A stretch of DNA of 64,000 nt from Phyllosticta citribraziliensis (lineage: Eukaryota), in assembly GCF_038025025.1 (NCBI RefSeq), contig NW_027117346.1, positions 496,001 to 560,000 of the forward strand. The letters run 5' to 3'. The translations under genes and the position numbers were made by a program. This document shows, piece after piece, positions 37,661 to 51,231 of the stretch. The notes below the pieces were generated by a model. That model saw only the letters and a list, made by a program, of their open reading frames with translations, was not told where the DNA came from and searched no databases. How positions within the stretch are numbered: the first letter of the stretch is position 1; each line of letters begins with the position of its first letter.

Positions 37661-40600
37661 TTAAAAACTCGATATGGCAATAGCAATGGCCTGGCTGTCG
37701 CTGTGAGAAATGCTGACATTGACCGCCTTCACACCAGCCTTCTTGGCTGCAGCCTCCGCTTCGCCGTGGAGCTAAACTGGCATTAGTAAACACATCCAAG
37801 GCTAGACCTTTATGACTATCATGGGAGGAAACTTACAGAAACGACAGGGGCGCCCTTCTCGTCACTCAGAACCTCAATGTCCTTGAGCGCAGCTCCAGCA
37901 CCCTTGCCCTCGACGCCAAGCGCCTTGAACACAGCCTCCTTGGCGCTCCATCTGCCGGCAAAGCTGGCATGCGGGTTCGCAGCCTTGCGGCAGTACTCTT
38001 GTTCCTGAGCCGTGAAGTTGCGCTCGACAAAGGTCTCATTCTCAATGTTGACCGCGTCAATGTTCTCGACGTCAACACCGACCTTTGAGTTTTCCGTGGC
38101 TGTGGCCTTGGCGAGCGACTCGACCATTTGGCGAGTCTCTTCCGCCTTCTTGTCCTTCTTAGGCTCGAAGCGGGCGGGGTAGGCGTACTTGTTTTCCTTC
38201 TTGTCAACGACGGTGCGGGCAGTGGGGTTGAGGAAGACCTCGCTCTGCTGGGCCTCTTCGTAAGGGCCCTTGCTCTTGGCACGGAACATGGTGTTGTTGA
38301 CAAGGGAGTCGTGGAAGTAGCGGTAAGCTTTCTTCTGGCGGTCTTCGACGCGGACCTTGTAGTTGGCGTAGTCGTTGTAGTCCAGCGTGGCGAAGAGGTA
38401 CTTGGGGTGGATGGCAACAGCCTGAGCACCCTTCTGACCGAAACCAAACGAGGTGACCGAGACAGCCTTGATGCCATCCGTCTGGATAGAGCGGCTGGGG
38501 TACAGCATGTAGTCAAACTTCTCGAGGTTCTTGTCGACGTTGTCGGCATTGAAGTTGCCGGGGACAAGACCAGTGTTGAGGACCTGGAGGGCACCGTTGA
38601 ACATCCAAGCACCGGCGGCACCCTTGGGGTGACCCGTCAAGTACTTCTGGAAAATACCCAAAACTGCGTTGCCCTTCTTCCTGCCCAAGTGCTTCATCTG
38701 CTGGCAAAGAACATCAGACTCGTTCTTGTCGTTGGCAACAGTCGAAGTTCCGTGGCAAGAAGCAACGTCGAGGTCGTCAATGGTGAGACCCCAGGTGGCA
38801 AGAGCGCCGCGCAGAGGTGCGATTCTTGAATCCTGCTTCCAGAAGTTGTTGCCGAGACTAGACAGGGCGTCCTTCTCCTGGCGCTGGGCCTCGAGCTCAA
38901 TGTGCTCTGCACGTTCAGCCAGGTACTCGGTACCGTCGAAGTCGGCACCTTGAGACTTCATGGCGGAAATCTCCTCCTGGAGATACAGGAACTCCGACTC
39001 CTGCCACTGCTTGATCTGCTGGCGACGAAGCTCGAGTTGACGCTTGCGGTACTTGATGTCCAGAAGAGGCGAGGGGAACTTGGAAGGAGCCTCGCGAGCA
39101 GTCGTGAGAACACCCTGACCGGGAGCAGGGACGGAACGACCAATCTTGTCGGTAGCAGTAGCGGTGAAGCCAAGGATACCGTAGATGGGAACGCCCATGT
39201 CCAAGGCGAGACGGGCATCCATGATGATTTGCATACCACAACCCTGGGATTCCATGAAACCATTGCGAGTAGTGGTGGTAGGACGAGACATCTCCTTGGG
39301 AGTGCGGCCGTGAGCGAACTCATCTTCGGCGCTGCTGGTGGCCTTCATGTTGGCGAATTCGTAGGAGCCTTCCTCTTGGAAGTCGTCGAAACCACCAACA
39401 AGACAGATGCGGGCCTTGCCCTGGACAATGGTGTCGTATCCAATGTCAACGGACTCGACGGCAGTGGCACAAGCACCAGAAGGCGACTTGATGGGTCCAG
39501 TGGAAGAGAGCAGCAACATGTTGACCCAGGCGCTCATGGTGTTGATGAAAGACTCTTGGAGAATGTCCTTCTGGAGGGGCTTGTCGAGGTAGCGGTCCTT
39601 GTACATGCCCTTCAAGGCGCCGGAACCACCGATACCAGAACCCATGCAGTTTCCGACCTCGGAGATGTGGACATACTTGTAGAACTCGTAAGGATCGGTG
39701 ATACCAGAAGACACGAGGGCTTCAGCAGTCGAGACAAGAACGAACAGGGTAACGGTGTCGACTTGCTCGATGATGTCCTCGGGAACACCGTAGCGGCGGG
39801 CATCCCAGCCAGAGGGAATCTGTCCGGCAACGAGACGATCGAAGCGAAGAGCCTTGGGGATGAGGAGAGTGGCGCCCTTCTTCATGCGGACGGTGTAGTC
39901 ACCAGACTCGGTTTCAAAGATCTCAACCTTTTCGCCGTGCTCACGCTTGAACTCCTCGGCAGTCTCCTTGGAAGCCTCGAAGGACTCGAGGTCCTCTTCG
40001 ATTTGAACCTCCTGGAGCAGCTGCTTCTTGTTGGGGTCGTAGCCGCCGAAGAGCTCTGGCTCGATGAGACGGATACCAGAGTGCTCAACAATGTGCTTCT
40101 CGTACTTGGACTTGATGTCCTTGTCGTCAACAGGCTCGCCGGTCTTGGCGTCAATCCAACCAGAATAGCTCTTGCCCTTGAGCGGACCGTTGTGGTTCTT
40201 GATGAGACCCATGATCCAAGCCATTTCGACACAGCCCTCCAAAGAAAACTGGCCATACGCTTCCATTTCCCAACGAGTGCGAGCATTACCCCAGGGACCG
40301 ACTTCGGCGAAACCGGTGACGACGACAATCTTCTCGAGGTCGACCATGCCCTTGAGGTTCTCATTGAGCGGCTTGACTTCCGTCTCCCAGTCGGGAACCT
40401 TCGGGAAGTCGTACTTGAGGTTGGCGCGAGGCTGGACAGTCTTCTTCTTGTACAAGGCCTCGCTCTTCTCGCCGTTGACGATCTTGTTTTCGGCAGAAGT
40501 CTCCTTGGTAACAGCCTTGCGGATCTCGCTGGTCTCGGTGAACTCCTTCCTGAGGCTGGTCATGAGGTCCTTCAAGTTGGGAAGGTATTGGAAGCCACCG

Positions 40601-43361
40601 TTGAGATCGGCCCAGACGGGCTCGACCTGGCAGAGGTTCACAATGGCGGGGGACATGAGACCCAAGAGGTTGAAAGCCATTTCCTGCTGCGAGAAGGTGC
40701 GGACTCCGTATTTCTCAATGCCCTCGGCAACGACGTTGTTGCCAGCCATGAGGCCAGTACCGCGGGTCCAACCAATGATAGCTCCACAGATGGTGAGGTA
40801 GTTACCCCAGCTCTCAGAGTGCCACCTGCTGAACAAGGTCTCAAGAGCAATCTTGGACTCGGCGTACAGACCGTCGTTACCGAAGGTACCGTGGTTGGGA
40901 GAAAGGGGAAGGACGACTTGAGCAGGGCGAGTCTCGAATTTGTTGGCGTGCTTGTGCTGCTTGACGCATCCAAGAAGTCTGAGGAGGTTGGTCAACATGA
41001 TGCGGTGAGCGAGCTCAGACTTGGAGTCAATGCCGTCAATTTCACGGCCTTGCTCCGGAATGGCAGCAAAGGGAACCACGTAGTCGAGGTCCCAGCCGAG
41101 GCCGTTCTTCGTGTCGTAGATGTACTCGACCAGAGCTTCAACGTCTTGCTTGCTTCCCTGGTTGAAGGGAACAACGATGAGCTGAGAGCCGCGGGCGCCG
41201 TAGCGCGAGTAGATGGACTGGTAGTATTCGTTGACCTGGCGAGAGAAACGGGAGGTCGTGACGACAACCTTGGCACCACCGGCAATGAGACCCTGCAGCA
41301 CCTCAGCGCCGATGGAGCCAGCACCGGCTCCCGTCATGAGGGCACACTTGTCTTTGAAGGTCAAGCCGTCCCTGGCACCGTTCTCCATCGCCTCGAGGTA
41401 GATGCCGGTGAGCTTCTTGCTGTACTCCCAACCGTGATCATCCTTGCGCTTGAGGTGGAGGAAGGGGATCGTTTCGACCTTGCCCTGCTTGTTGTTGCCG
41501 TTGATTCTGCCGTTGCGGCCCTTGCGACGGTTGAGCGACTTTCCGTTCTCCGTGGGGATGATTTGGCCCTCGTTCATGGAAAGCGAGCGAATGACGTCGC
41601 TGTAAAGGGTCTTGATCTGAAGCTTGGAGCTCTTGGAAAGCTTGTGTTGCTGGCGAATAAGCTTGTAGATCCTCTGCAGATCATTCTGAACCTTGGTGCG
41701 GTTGCCGTACTCCGAAAGCTTACCGCCCTCGGCCATCTCCTTGACGTAGTGCTCGAGCTTGCGAACTGCTGGTCGCGGAACTTCAGCGTAGTTCATGTTG
41801 CCGCGCGCGTCAATGACGAGCTGAGGAGCCGTGGGCATCTTGACATCCTTGTAGACGGGGGCCGTGTGCAAGACCTCCTTGCAGTTCTCGATGAGCTGCT
41901 GGCCGAGCTCCTTGGCGAGCTCATATGTCTCGCCACGCTCCGCCGGGCAGTGATCGATGTGGTATTGCATGAATTCCAGGAGGGTGGGGTTGGAGCGGTT
42001 CATGATGTTGATGCACTGGCTCACAATCTCGCGGTCAACAGCCGTCAGACGACCGAAAATGATGTCGTAGTACATGGTGAGAGCATCCTGGCGCGCCCAA
42101 TTCCACGACGAGTCGTACACGCGAGCCTTGAGGGAGGTGAACTGGGGCTCAATTCCAGAGGCGTAAAAGTCGCCGTGCTCCGCAGTCCACAGGTCGAGCT
42201 GACCCTGCAGGGCCTTGTTGGTCTCCAGCGATCCGACGTACGCCTTGTCGCCGGAGCGAAGATCCATCTTGAGGTACCTTGCAAACAGCTCGAGCTGCTG
42301 CTTGAAAAGGGCCCTCTGGTCCTTGGTCAGTGCATCGATGGCAGCAGGGTCCATCATCATGCCGCCCGAAGCAGCACCACTATCGCCGCCAGCGGCAGGC
42401 GTGGAAAGGTTGACGCCAGCCGCCGCAGCGTACTTTTGAGCCACGTCGTCGAGCCACGCTTTGGCATCATTCTCAGAGCCAAGACGTGCCGCTGGCTCCA
42501 TGGTGATACCGAGCAGGAGCACACCATCCTGCCTACCGGAACCCAGGCCCCATCGTGTCTCGAGGTATTTCCTGGCGGATGTGTTGTTGAAGCCACCGGG
42601 CATCTTGGAGGAGATCACGCGAGCAATGAGGGAAGCCGATTGCTTGCCGAGCTGGCCGTTGAAGGTAGCCTGCATCGATGCTCCCAACTCATCCAAGGGC
42701 GTGTCCTCCGGCTTCTCGGGCGTGGAGCCGAATTCCTTGCCCAAGTCTCCCAAAATTTCGTTCTGAAGCGTAGATTTGCCTGAAGACTCGTTAGAACCAC
42801 GCATCTTCGGGGAATTTTCCATCGGCCACGAAACTCACCTCCAACCAAATCCTTGATGGCCTTGTTGACAGGAACATCTCCCAAGCTCTTTTTCAGCTTC
42901 TGAGCAATCAATGCGCGCACAATGTCGGTTGCAGAGACTGGAGCGTCCGGTACTGCGGCAGCAGGACCAGCACTTGGAGGCGGGGGTGCCGCCGCAGCGG
43001 GGGCTGCCGCCGAAGCAGCAGCGGGAGTAGGGGCGGCGGCCGAAGACGAGGCCTCAGCAGCGGGAGCCTCCTCTTCAATGGGGTCGACATCGTAGTAAAT
43101 GTCCTTTGCATCCTTGTTGTAGCACAAAATCTGGCGTTGCACCGAGCGAGCGGCGTCGTGTGCTTCGTACTTTGAGGCCAGTGTCCGCTTGGCCATGGTG
43201 CCCAGGGTGTCGGCGGGGCCGACTTCGACGATACGCTCGGTGGTCTTCTCGCCGAGGATGACATCCTGCGTCTCGATCCATCTCACGGGCGAGGCGAACT
43301 GGTAGGCGAGGAGCTCGACGAGCAGGGTGTGGGCGAGCTCTTGCTCGACTTCGGGACGCAT
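37661..43361 (-). CDS. FAS2: Fatty acid synthase alpha subunit (ACP, KR, KS, PPT), about 1858 aa
   Basis: Exons 42839-43361, 37837-42779 and 37661-37771. [36 protein letters not shown] motif [14 protein letters not shown] motifs GACATA and HGTST, PPT motif [22 protein letters not shown]. Confidence 0.97.
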
Positions 43362-44389
43362 GATGGCGGCGGTGGAGCGGGAGGGCGAGAAAATTAAGTG
43401 AGAGGGTATCTAAAAGGCGGAATGACCGTGCACTTGAACAGTCGGTGGAGGAGGAGGAGCAGGCGGAGAAAAGGCGGAGGGATTGCGGCGGGTTGGCGAG
43501 GTGGGAAATTTATTTCGGAGAGGTACCACGACGGCCGGGTCGAATTGAAGAAGCTTGGGGCCGGCGGGTAAGGCGTGAGAGAGGAGTGAGGAAGAGTGGA
43601 AGGCGGAGGACTAGACGGAGAGAAGGGGCCAAGGGCGGCGCAAGATATTGAAGAGGTAGACAGGGCGACCAGGACCTCAGCATTGGCAGCGGTCGAGGGA
43701 CTCAAGGGTGTTGAGAGATTTGGCTTGACCTGTTGAAGCTTGGACGCGCCCAACGAAAATCGGTTAGTCTTCCCCATGCGCGGCTCTCAACCACTGCTTT
43801 GCGCTGCCTCCGCCCGGCCGACGCCACTAGGTTGCGAGATCCAGGGCGCCGGTGCAAAACGGCATAGCTGACGTCCCCAACCGAATCCCACCCCTGCTCT
43901 TGCAGCCCTCAACCGCCCTCCGCCCGCCGCAAATCAGCTGTACAATTATTGCTGTCGGCGACTACCATCTGGCCCTCCTCCACACCTCAGCACCTCTCCT
44001 CCTCCACCTTCTTCCCTCCGACACCTCCCCTCCGCGCCTTCTCTTCTTGCTACTACCCGCCTCACCTACCTCTACGTCTACCTACGATACCCAGCCAAGG
44101 GAGCTGCCCACGTCTGTCCGGCAGTACCATCGAATTCCCTTGCGCCAGAAAACTGCAAGACCCTTCAATTCACCACAACCACGTAAGACGCTCCCATTGA
44201 ACCATTGAACCCTTTGCCTGCCACGACGTCAATCTACCACAACTCGCCATCACGAAGAAAAAATTCCCCACCCCACCACGCTTATGCAGCTCCTACGGCA
44301 CGCCCCGCGGCCGCCACGAAGCTCAATGCGGCTACTGACCGTTGAAAGTACCTGTTAATTGTTTGAAACCACCACAACTGCCCGACACC

Positions 44390-47300
44390 ATGCTCGGCTC
44401 AGGTCCTCAGACGGGCGTCTCGACCCCGCGCTCTTCGTCGCATCTGCGCCCTCTGATCCTCTCCCACGGCTCGCTCGAGCACACTTTTCTCATTCCCACC
44501 GTCCTCCACTTCAACGCCTCACAACTCAAAGACTCCTTCCTCGCAACCCTCCCAGAGCCTTCCGAGGAGCGTGCTCAGGACGATGAGCCCTCTTCCGAGT
44601 GCGAGCTGGTTGCCCGCTACCTGGGCTTCATTGCCCACGAGGTCGAGGAGGGCGACGACCCGGGTTCGTACGAGGAGGTTCTCAAGCTCATTCTCAACGA
44701 GTTCGAGCGTGCATTCCTCCAGGGCAACGAGGTGCACGCCATTGCAGCATCCCTGCCCGGAATCGAGTCCAAGAAGCTCCAGGTCGTGAGCGGATACTAC
44801 GCCGCGCGTGCCGCCGTGGATAGGCCGATCAAGCACCACGAGTCTGCGCTGTTCCGCGAGGTCCAGGACGGAAACGCCTTCCTTTACCCCGTCTTCGGAG
44901 GCCAGGGCAACATTGAGGAGTACTTCGACGAGCTGCGCGAGGTCTACTACACCTATCCTTCATTCGTCGAGGATTTCGTCAACGATTCGGCGGCACACTT
45001 GCAGAGTCTGTCGCGCGATACTCGCGTGTCTAAGCAGTACTCCAAGGGCCTGGACGTTTTGAGGTGGCTCAACAACCGGGAATCGCAGCCGGACATAGAC
45101 TACCTCGTTTCTGCACCGGTCAGTCTGCCATTGATTGGTCTCACCCAGCTCGCCCACTATGTTGTCACCTGCAAGGTGCTTGGAAGCCATCCCGGCGATG
45201 TCAGGAGCCGTTTCAGTGGAACTACCGGCCATTCCCAGGGTGTTGTCACTGCCGCAGCCATTGCGGCGGCCGGAAGCTGGGACTCCTTTGAAAAGGCATC
45301 GCGTGATGCCCTCACAGTTCTGTTCTGGATCGGATCCCGCAGCCAACAGGCCTACCCCAGGACCTCGATTGCTCCCAATGTTCTCCAGGACTCGGTCGAC
45401 AACGGCGAGGGTACTCCCACCCCCATGCTTTCCATTCGCGATCTCCCCCGCAAGGCCGTCGAGGACCACATTGCCGCTACAAACCAGCACTTGCCCGAGG
45501 ACCAGCACATTGCCATCTCCTTGGTCAACAGCGCGCGCAACTTCGTCGTCACCGGCCCTCCTCTGTCTCTCTACGGTCTCAACCTCCGCCTGAGGAAGGT
45601 CAAGGCTCCCACTGGACTTGACCAAAACAGGATTCCTTACTCAGAGCGCAAGATTCGCTTCGTGAACCGTTTCTTGCCCATCACCGCGCCTTTCCACAGC
45701 CCGTACCTGAAGGAGGCCACCCGTCACCTTGACGAGGATCTCAAGGAAGTCACCATTTCCAAGAAGGACTTGACGATTCCCATGTTCGACACCAACAGCG
45801 GCAAGGACGTGCGCGAGGAGGCAACCGACAATATTGTTCCCAACCTTGTCCGCATGATTACCCAGGACCCTGTGAACTGGGAGCAGGCTACCGTCTTCCC
45901 CAACGCTACCCACATTCTCGACTTTGGCCCGGGTGGCATCTCTGGTCTTGGTGTCCTCACCAACCGCAACAAGGAGGGAACCGGTGTCCGTGTCATCCTC
46001 GCGGGTACCATGGATGGAACCAATGCCGAGGTTGGTTACAAGCCCGAAATGTTTGATCGTGACGCAGAGCACGCCGTCAAGTACGCGGTCGACTGGGTCA
46101 AGGAGTTTGGCCCCAAGCTCGTCAAGACTTCAGCTGGCCAGACTTACGTCGACACGAGGTTCAGTCGTCTCCTGGGTCTTCCTCCGGTCATGGTGGCCGG
46201 TATGACGCCTTGCACTGTTCCCCCGCCATTTGTCTCCGCAACGATGAACCAGGGCTACCACATTGAGTTGGCGGGCGGCGGATACTTCATGGACCCCATG
46301 ATGACCGATGCGATTCTGAAGATCGAGAAGGCCATTCCTGCTGGCCGCGGCATTTCTGTCAACTTGATCTACGTCAACCCGCGTGCCATGCAATGGCAGA
46401 TTCCCATGCTTGGGCGTTTGCGTGCCGAAGGCGTCCCCATTGAGGGTCTCACCATTGGTGCTGGTGTGCCATCAATTGAGGTTGCCAACGAATACATTGA
46501 GACTCTGGGTCTCAAGCACATCGGATTCAAGCCCGGTTCCATGGACGCCATCCAGCAGGTCGTCAACATTGCCAAGGCCAACCCCAAGTTCCCTTGCGTT
46601 CTTCAGTGGACCGGCGGTCGTGGCGGCGGTCACCATTCGTTCGAGGACTTCCACCAGCCGATACTGCAGATGTACGGCAGGATCAGGAAGTGTGAAAACA
46701 TTGTCCTCATCGCTGGTAGCGGTTTCGGTGGTGCCGAAGACACCTACCCCTACATCACCGGTACCTGGTCCACCAAATTCGGCTTCCCTCCTATGCCGTT
46801 CGATGGTGTGTTCTTCGGCAGCCGTGTCATGGTTGCCAAGGAGGCGATGACCGCCCCAGCTGCCAAGCAAGCCATTTGCGACGCCCCTGGTGTTGATGAC
46901 AGTGAGTGGGAAAAGACTTACAAGGGTCCGGCTGGCGGCGTCATCACTGTGCGCTCCGAAATGGGCGAACCCATCCACAAGCTTGCCACCCGTGGTGTGC
47001 TGTTCTGGGCCGAGTTGGACAAGAAGATCTTTGCTCTCGACAAGGCTAAGCGCCTTCCGGAGCTCAAGAGGATGCGTGACTACATCATCAAGAAGCTCAA
47101 CGCGGACTTCCAGAAGCCTTGGTTCGGAAAGAACTCTGCGGGCGAGCCGTGTGAGCTGGAAGAGATGACCTATGCCGAGGTCGTCCGCCGCCTGGTGGAG
47201 CTTCAGTACGTCAAGCATCAGAACCGTTGGTGTGACGGATCGCTGGCTCGCTTCACTGGGGACTTCATCCACCGCGTGGAGGAGCGTTTCACGAGCTCCT

Positions 47301-50300
47301 CTGGCAAGCCCTCTCTTGTCCAGAACTTTTCCGAGCTCAACAAGCCTTTCGAGCTCCTCGACGCGCTCTTCAAGGAATACCCCGAGGCCGAAACGCAGCT
47401 CATCAACGCTCAAGATGTGCAGCACTTCCTCATGCTCTGCCAGAGGGTGACTCAGAAGCCTGTGCCATTCGTCCCCGTCCTGGACGACAACTTTGAGTTC
47501 TACTTCAAGAAGGACTCCCTCTGGCAGGCTGAGGATCTCGACGCTGTTGTTGGCCAGGATGTCGGCAGGGTCTGCATCTTGCAGGGTCCAATGGCCGCCA
47601 AGTACTCGACTAAGATGGACGAGCCGATTGGGGATATCCTCGGTGGTGTCCACGAGGGCCACATCAAGTACTTGCTCCAGGATCTCTACAACGGCGACGA
47701 GTCCAAGGTTCCCGAGGTGGAGTACTTTGGCTCCCACCTGCTTGGTGCCCACGACGATGTCGTCGAGGTTGACGGCTTGACAGTCTCCGAAGTTGAGAAC
47801 AAGGTCACGTACAGGCTGTCCTCGGCTCCCAATGCCGCTCTTCCCGACCCGACCTCTTGGATCCAGCTGCTAGCCGGCAAGACCTACTCCTGGAGGCACG
47901 CCCTCTTCACGGTCGACGTGTTTGTACAAGGCCAGAGATTCCAGACCAACCCCATGCCCAGAATCTTCAACCCGACGTTGGGCATGATGGTTGAGATCAC
48001 TAACCCGAATGACCCTGCCAACACTGTCATCACCATGAAGGAGCCCTCCAACGGCGGCAAGCACATCAAGACGGTCGAGATCAAGCTCGAGGGCAAGAAT
48101 GAGATCGTACTCAGGATCATCGAGGAGAGGACCGCTTTGAACAAGGCTGTTGCTCTCCCCCTGAAGTTCACCTACCACCCCGAGACTGGTTACGCGCCAA
48201 TCCGCGAGGTCATGGAGGGCCGCAACGACAGGATCAAGGACTTTTACTACAAGATCTGGTTCGGCGACGAAGCTTGCCCCTTCGAAGCCTCCGTTACCTC
48301 CACCTTCGAGGGTGGCCGCGCTCAAATCACCGGCGAGGCGATCAACGACTTTGTCCACGCTGTTGGCAACACCGGCGAGGCTTTCGTCGACCGTCCCGGC
48401 AAGGAGGTCTTCGCCCCCATGGACTTCGCCATTGTCGTTGGCTGGAAGGCTATTACGAAGCCCATCTTCCCCAGGGCCATCGATGGTGATCTCCTCAAGC
48501 TGGTTCACTTGTCGAACGAATTCCGCATGATCCCTGGCGCCCAGCCTCTCAAGAAGGGCGACGTTTTGGACACCACCGCCCAAGTCAACGCTGTCATCAA
48601 CCAGGACTCTGGAAAGATGGTTGAGGTTTGTGGAACCATTACTCGCGATGGTGAGGCCGTCATGGAGGTCACCAGCCAGTTCTTGTACCGTGGTGCCTAC
48701 ACCGACTTCGAGAACACCTTCCAGCGCAAGGCCGAGACCCCCTACAACCTGCACCTTGCTTCCTCCAAGGACGTTGCCATCCTTCGTTCCAAGGAATGGT
48801 TCCGCCTCGAAGACCCAGACATTGACCTTCTCGACAAGACTCTGACTTTCAAGCTCCAGACCTTGGTTCGCTACAAGACCAAGTCTGTCTTTAGCTCTGT
48901 CGAGACGGTCGGTGAGGTTTTGCTTGAGCTGCCCACCAAGGAGGTCATCCAGATCGCCACCGTCGAGTACGAGGCGGGTACTTCTCACGGCAACCCCGTC
49001 GTTGACTATCTTGAGCGTAACGGCACCAAGATCGACCAGCCCGTTCTCTTCGAGAACCCCATTCCTCTCCACGGCAGGTCTCCCCTCACCCTCAAGGCAC
49101 CTGCCTCGAACGAGACCTACGCTCGCGTCTCGGGCGACTACAACCCCATTCACGTCTCCAGGGTCTTCTCCAAGTACGCCAACCTGCCCGGTACCATTAC
49201 GCATGGAATGTACTCTAGCGCCGCCGTTCGCAGCTTGGTCGAAACCTGGGCTGCCGAGAACAATATCGGTCGTGTCCGCAGCTTCCATGCCGATCTCGTT
49301 GGCATGGTCTTGCCCGATGACCAGATCGACGTCAAGCTCCAGCACGTCGGCATGGTCTCCGGTCGCAAGATCATCAAGATCGAAGCTTCCAACAAGGAGA
49401 CCGAGGACAAGGTCCTCCTTGGTGAGGCTGAGATTGAGCAGCCCACTTCTGCCTACGTCTTCACTGGCCAGGGTTCGCAGGAGCAGGGTATGGGTATGGA
49501 CCTGTACAACAGCAGCCCCGTGGCTCGCGAGGTCTGGGACCGAGCCGACAAGCACTTCTTGGACAACTACGGTACGTTCGGTAGCTTCCCATCTTTTTCC
49601 ATTGCTAACGTTCAACAGGTTTCGCGATCACCTCCATTGTCCAGAACAACCCCAAGGAGCTCACCATTCACTTTGGTGGTCCTCGCGGCAAGGCCATCCG
49701 CCAGAACTACATGTCGATGACCTTCGAGACCGTCGCTGCCGATGGCACCATCAAGACCGAGAGGATTTTCAAGGACATTGACGAGACTACCACTTCGTAC
49801 ACTTACCGCTCTCCTACCGGTCTTCTGTCAGCCACTCAATTCACTCAGCCTGCTCTGACCCTCATGGAGAAGGCGGCTTTCGAGGACATGAGGTCGAAGG
49901 GGCTCGTCCAGCGCGACAGCAGCTTCGCTGGTCACTCTCTCGGTGAATACGCTGCCCTAGCCGCCCTTGCCGAAGTCATGCCCATTGAGTCTCTGGTGTC
50001 TGTTGTCTTCTACCGCGGTCTTACCATGCAGGTCGCCGTCGAGCGTGACGAGGCCGGCCGCTCCAACTACTCGATGTGCGCCGTCAACCCCAGCCGTATC
50101 TCCAAGACCTTCAACGAGCAGGCTCTCCAATACGTTGTCGAGAACATCTCCGAGGTCACTGGCTGGCTGTTGGAGATTGTCAACTACAACATCGCCAACA
50201 TGCAGTACGTCTGCGCTGGTGATCTCCGCGCGCTCGACTGCCTGACCAACGTCACCAACTTCCTCAAGTCGCAGAGCATCGACATCCAGCAATTGATGCA

Positions 50301-50703
50301 GACTCTGTCTCTCGAGGATGTCAAGGCTCACCTGGTTGACATCATCACGGAGAGCGCCAAGCAGACCAACGCCAAGAAGCAGCCTATCGAGCTCCAGCGT
50401 GGCTTTGCTGTCATTCCTCTGCGTGGTATCGACGTGCCCTTCCACAGCACTTTCCTGCGCAGTGGTGTCAAGCCTTTCAGGAGCTTCCTGCTCAAGAAGA
50501 TTCACAAGACTTCCATCGACCCAGGCAAGCTCATTGGCAAATACATCCCCAACGTCACGGCCAAGCCGTTTGAGCTCACGAAGGAGTACTTCGAGGACGT
50601 GTACCGCCTGACCAACTCGCCCAAGATTGGCAACATCCTTGCCAACTGGGAAAAGTATGCCGATTCCGAGGCGCTTGCCACGGTGGCTGCGAAGGCCTCG
50701 TAG
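44390..50703 (+). CDS. FAS1: Fatty acid synthase beta subunit (AT, ER, DH, MPT), about 2088 aa
   Basis: Exons 44390-49571 and 49619-50703. Motifs [44 protein letters not shown]. Confidence 0.97.
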
Positions 50704-51231
50704 AAGCCGCAAGGACGTGAATCAACAATGACAATATGAATCATGGAGGTTATGATGAGTCGAGGATGGGAATATGGAATACACGAAGTGTCCTTTTTTG
50801 CTAAAGTCTGAGTATTGCTTGCGGTGTTGGGCGTTCAAGAATGGGCCTTTTTGAAAGAGTAGAAGCATGTGCTATATCCAAGAGTGGCTAGAACCTTTCC
50901 CACTGCTTTCATGTATCGATTCGTTTGTACTAGAATTGAAAGAATTTCTAAGAAATCATCGTGAAACCCACGAAGTGATTTATTGCGAAGGAAGCTCAGC
51001 GCCGTGATTCACCTCAGTCACTGTGGTGGATGGACGGGGAGACAGCCGCCGGGCGCCCGCCAATCAGTGCACGTGACCGAGTCAAAATCGCGGAAACCCG
51101 GCCGACTGAGGCCGAGCATCAGCCGGATCAGAGTAAACAATCGCCATCCCAGCAGCAGATCACTCAACCACCTGTGCGGTCGCTTTTCTCCCGGACAACC
51201 ATCTCTCACAGGCTGTTTCGTCTTGCGCAAC

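Noticed and set aside
38902..42783. 1293-aa ORF antisense to FAS2, and similar long antisense ORFs over FAS1
   Set aside because: These are shadow frames expected from the strong C/G third-position bias of highly expressed genes, and they show no recognisable motifs.
44342..44389. N-terminal extension of FAS1 in the ORF track
   Set aside because: It starts at a TTG inside the putative 5' UTR intron; ATG 44390 has good context and matches the usual FAS1 N-terminus.
37661..50703. Secondary-metabolite FAS cluster
   Set aside because: No PKS, P450, transporter or cluster regulator is adjacent; the recognisable flanking genes are mostly housekeeping.
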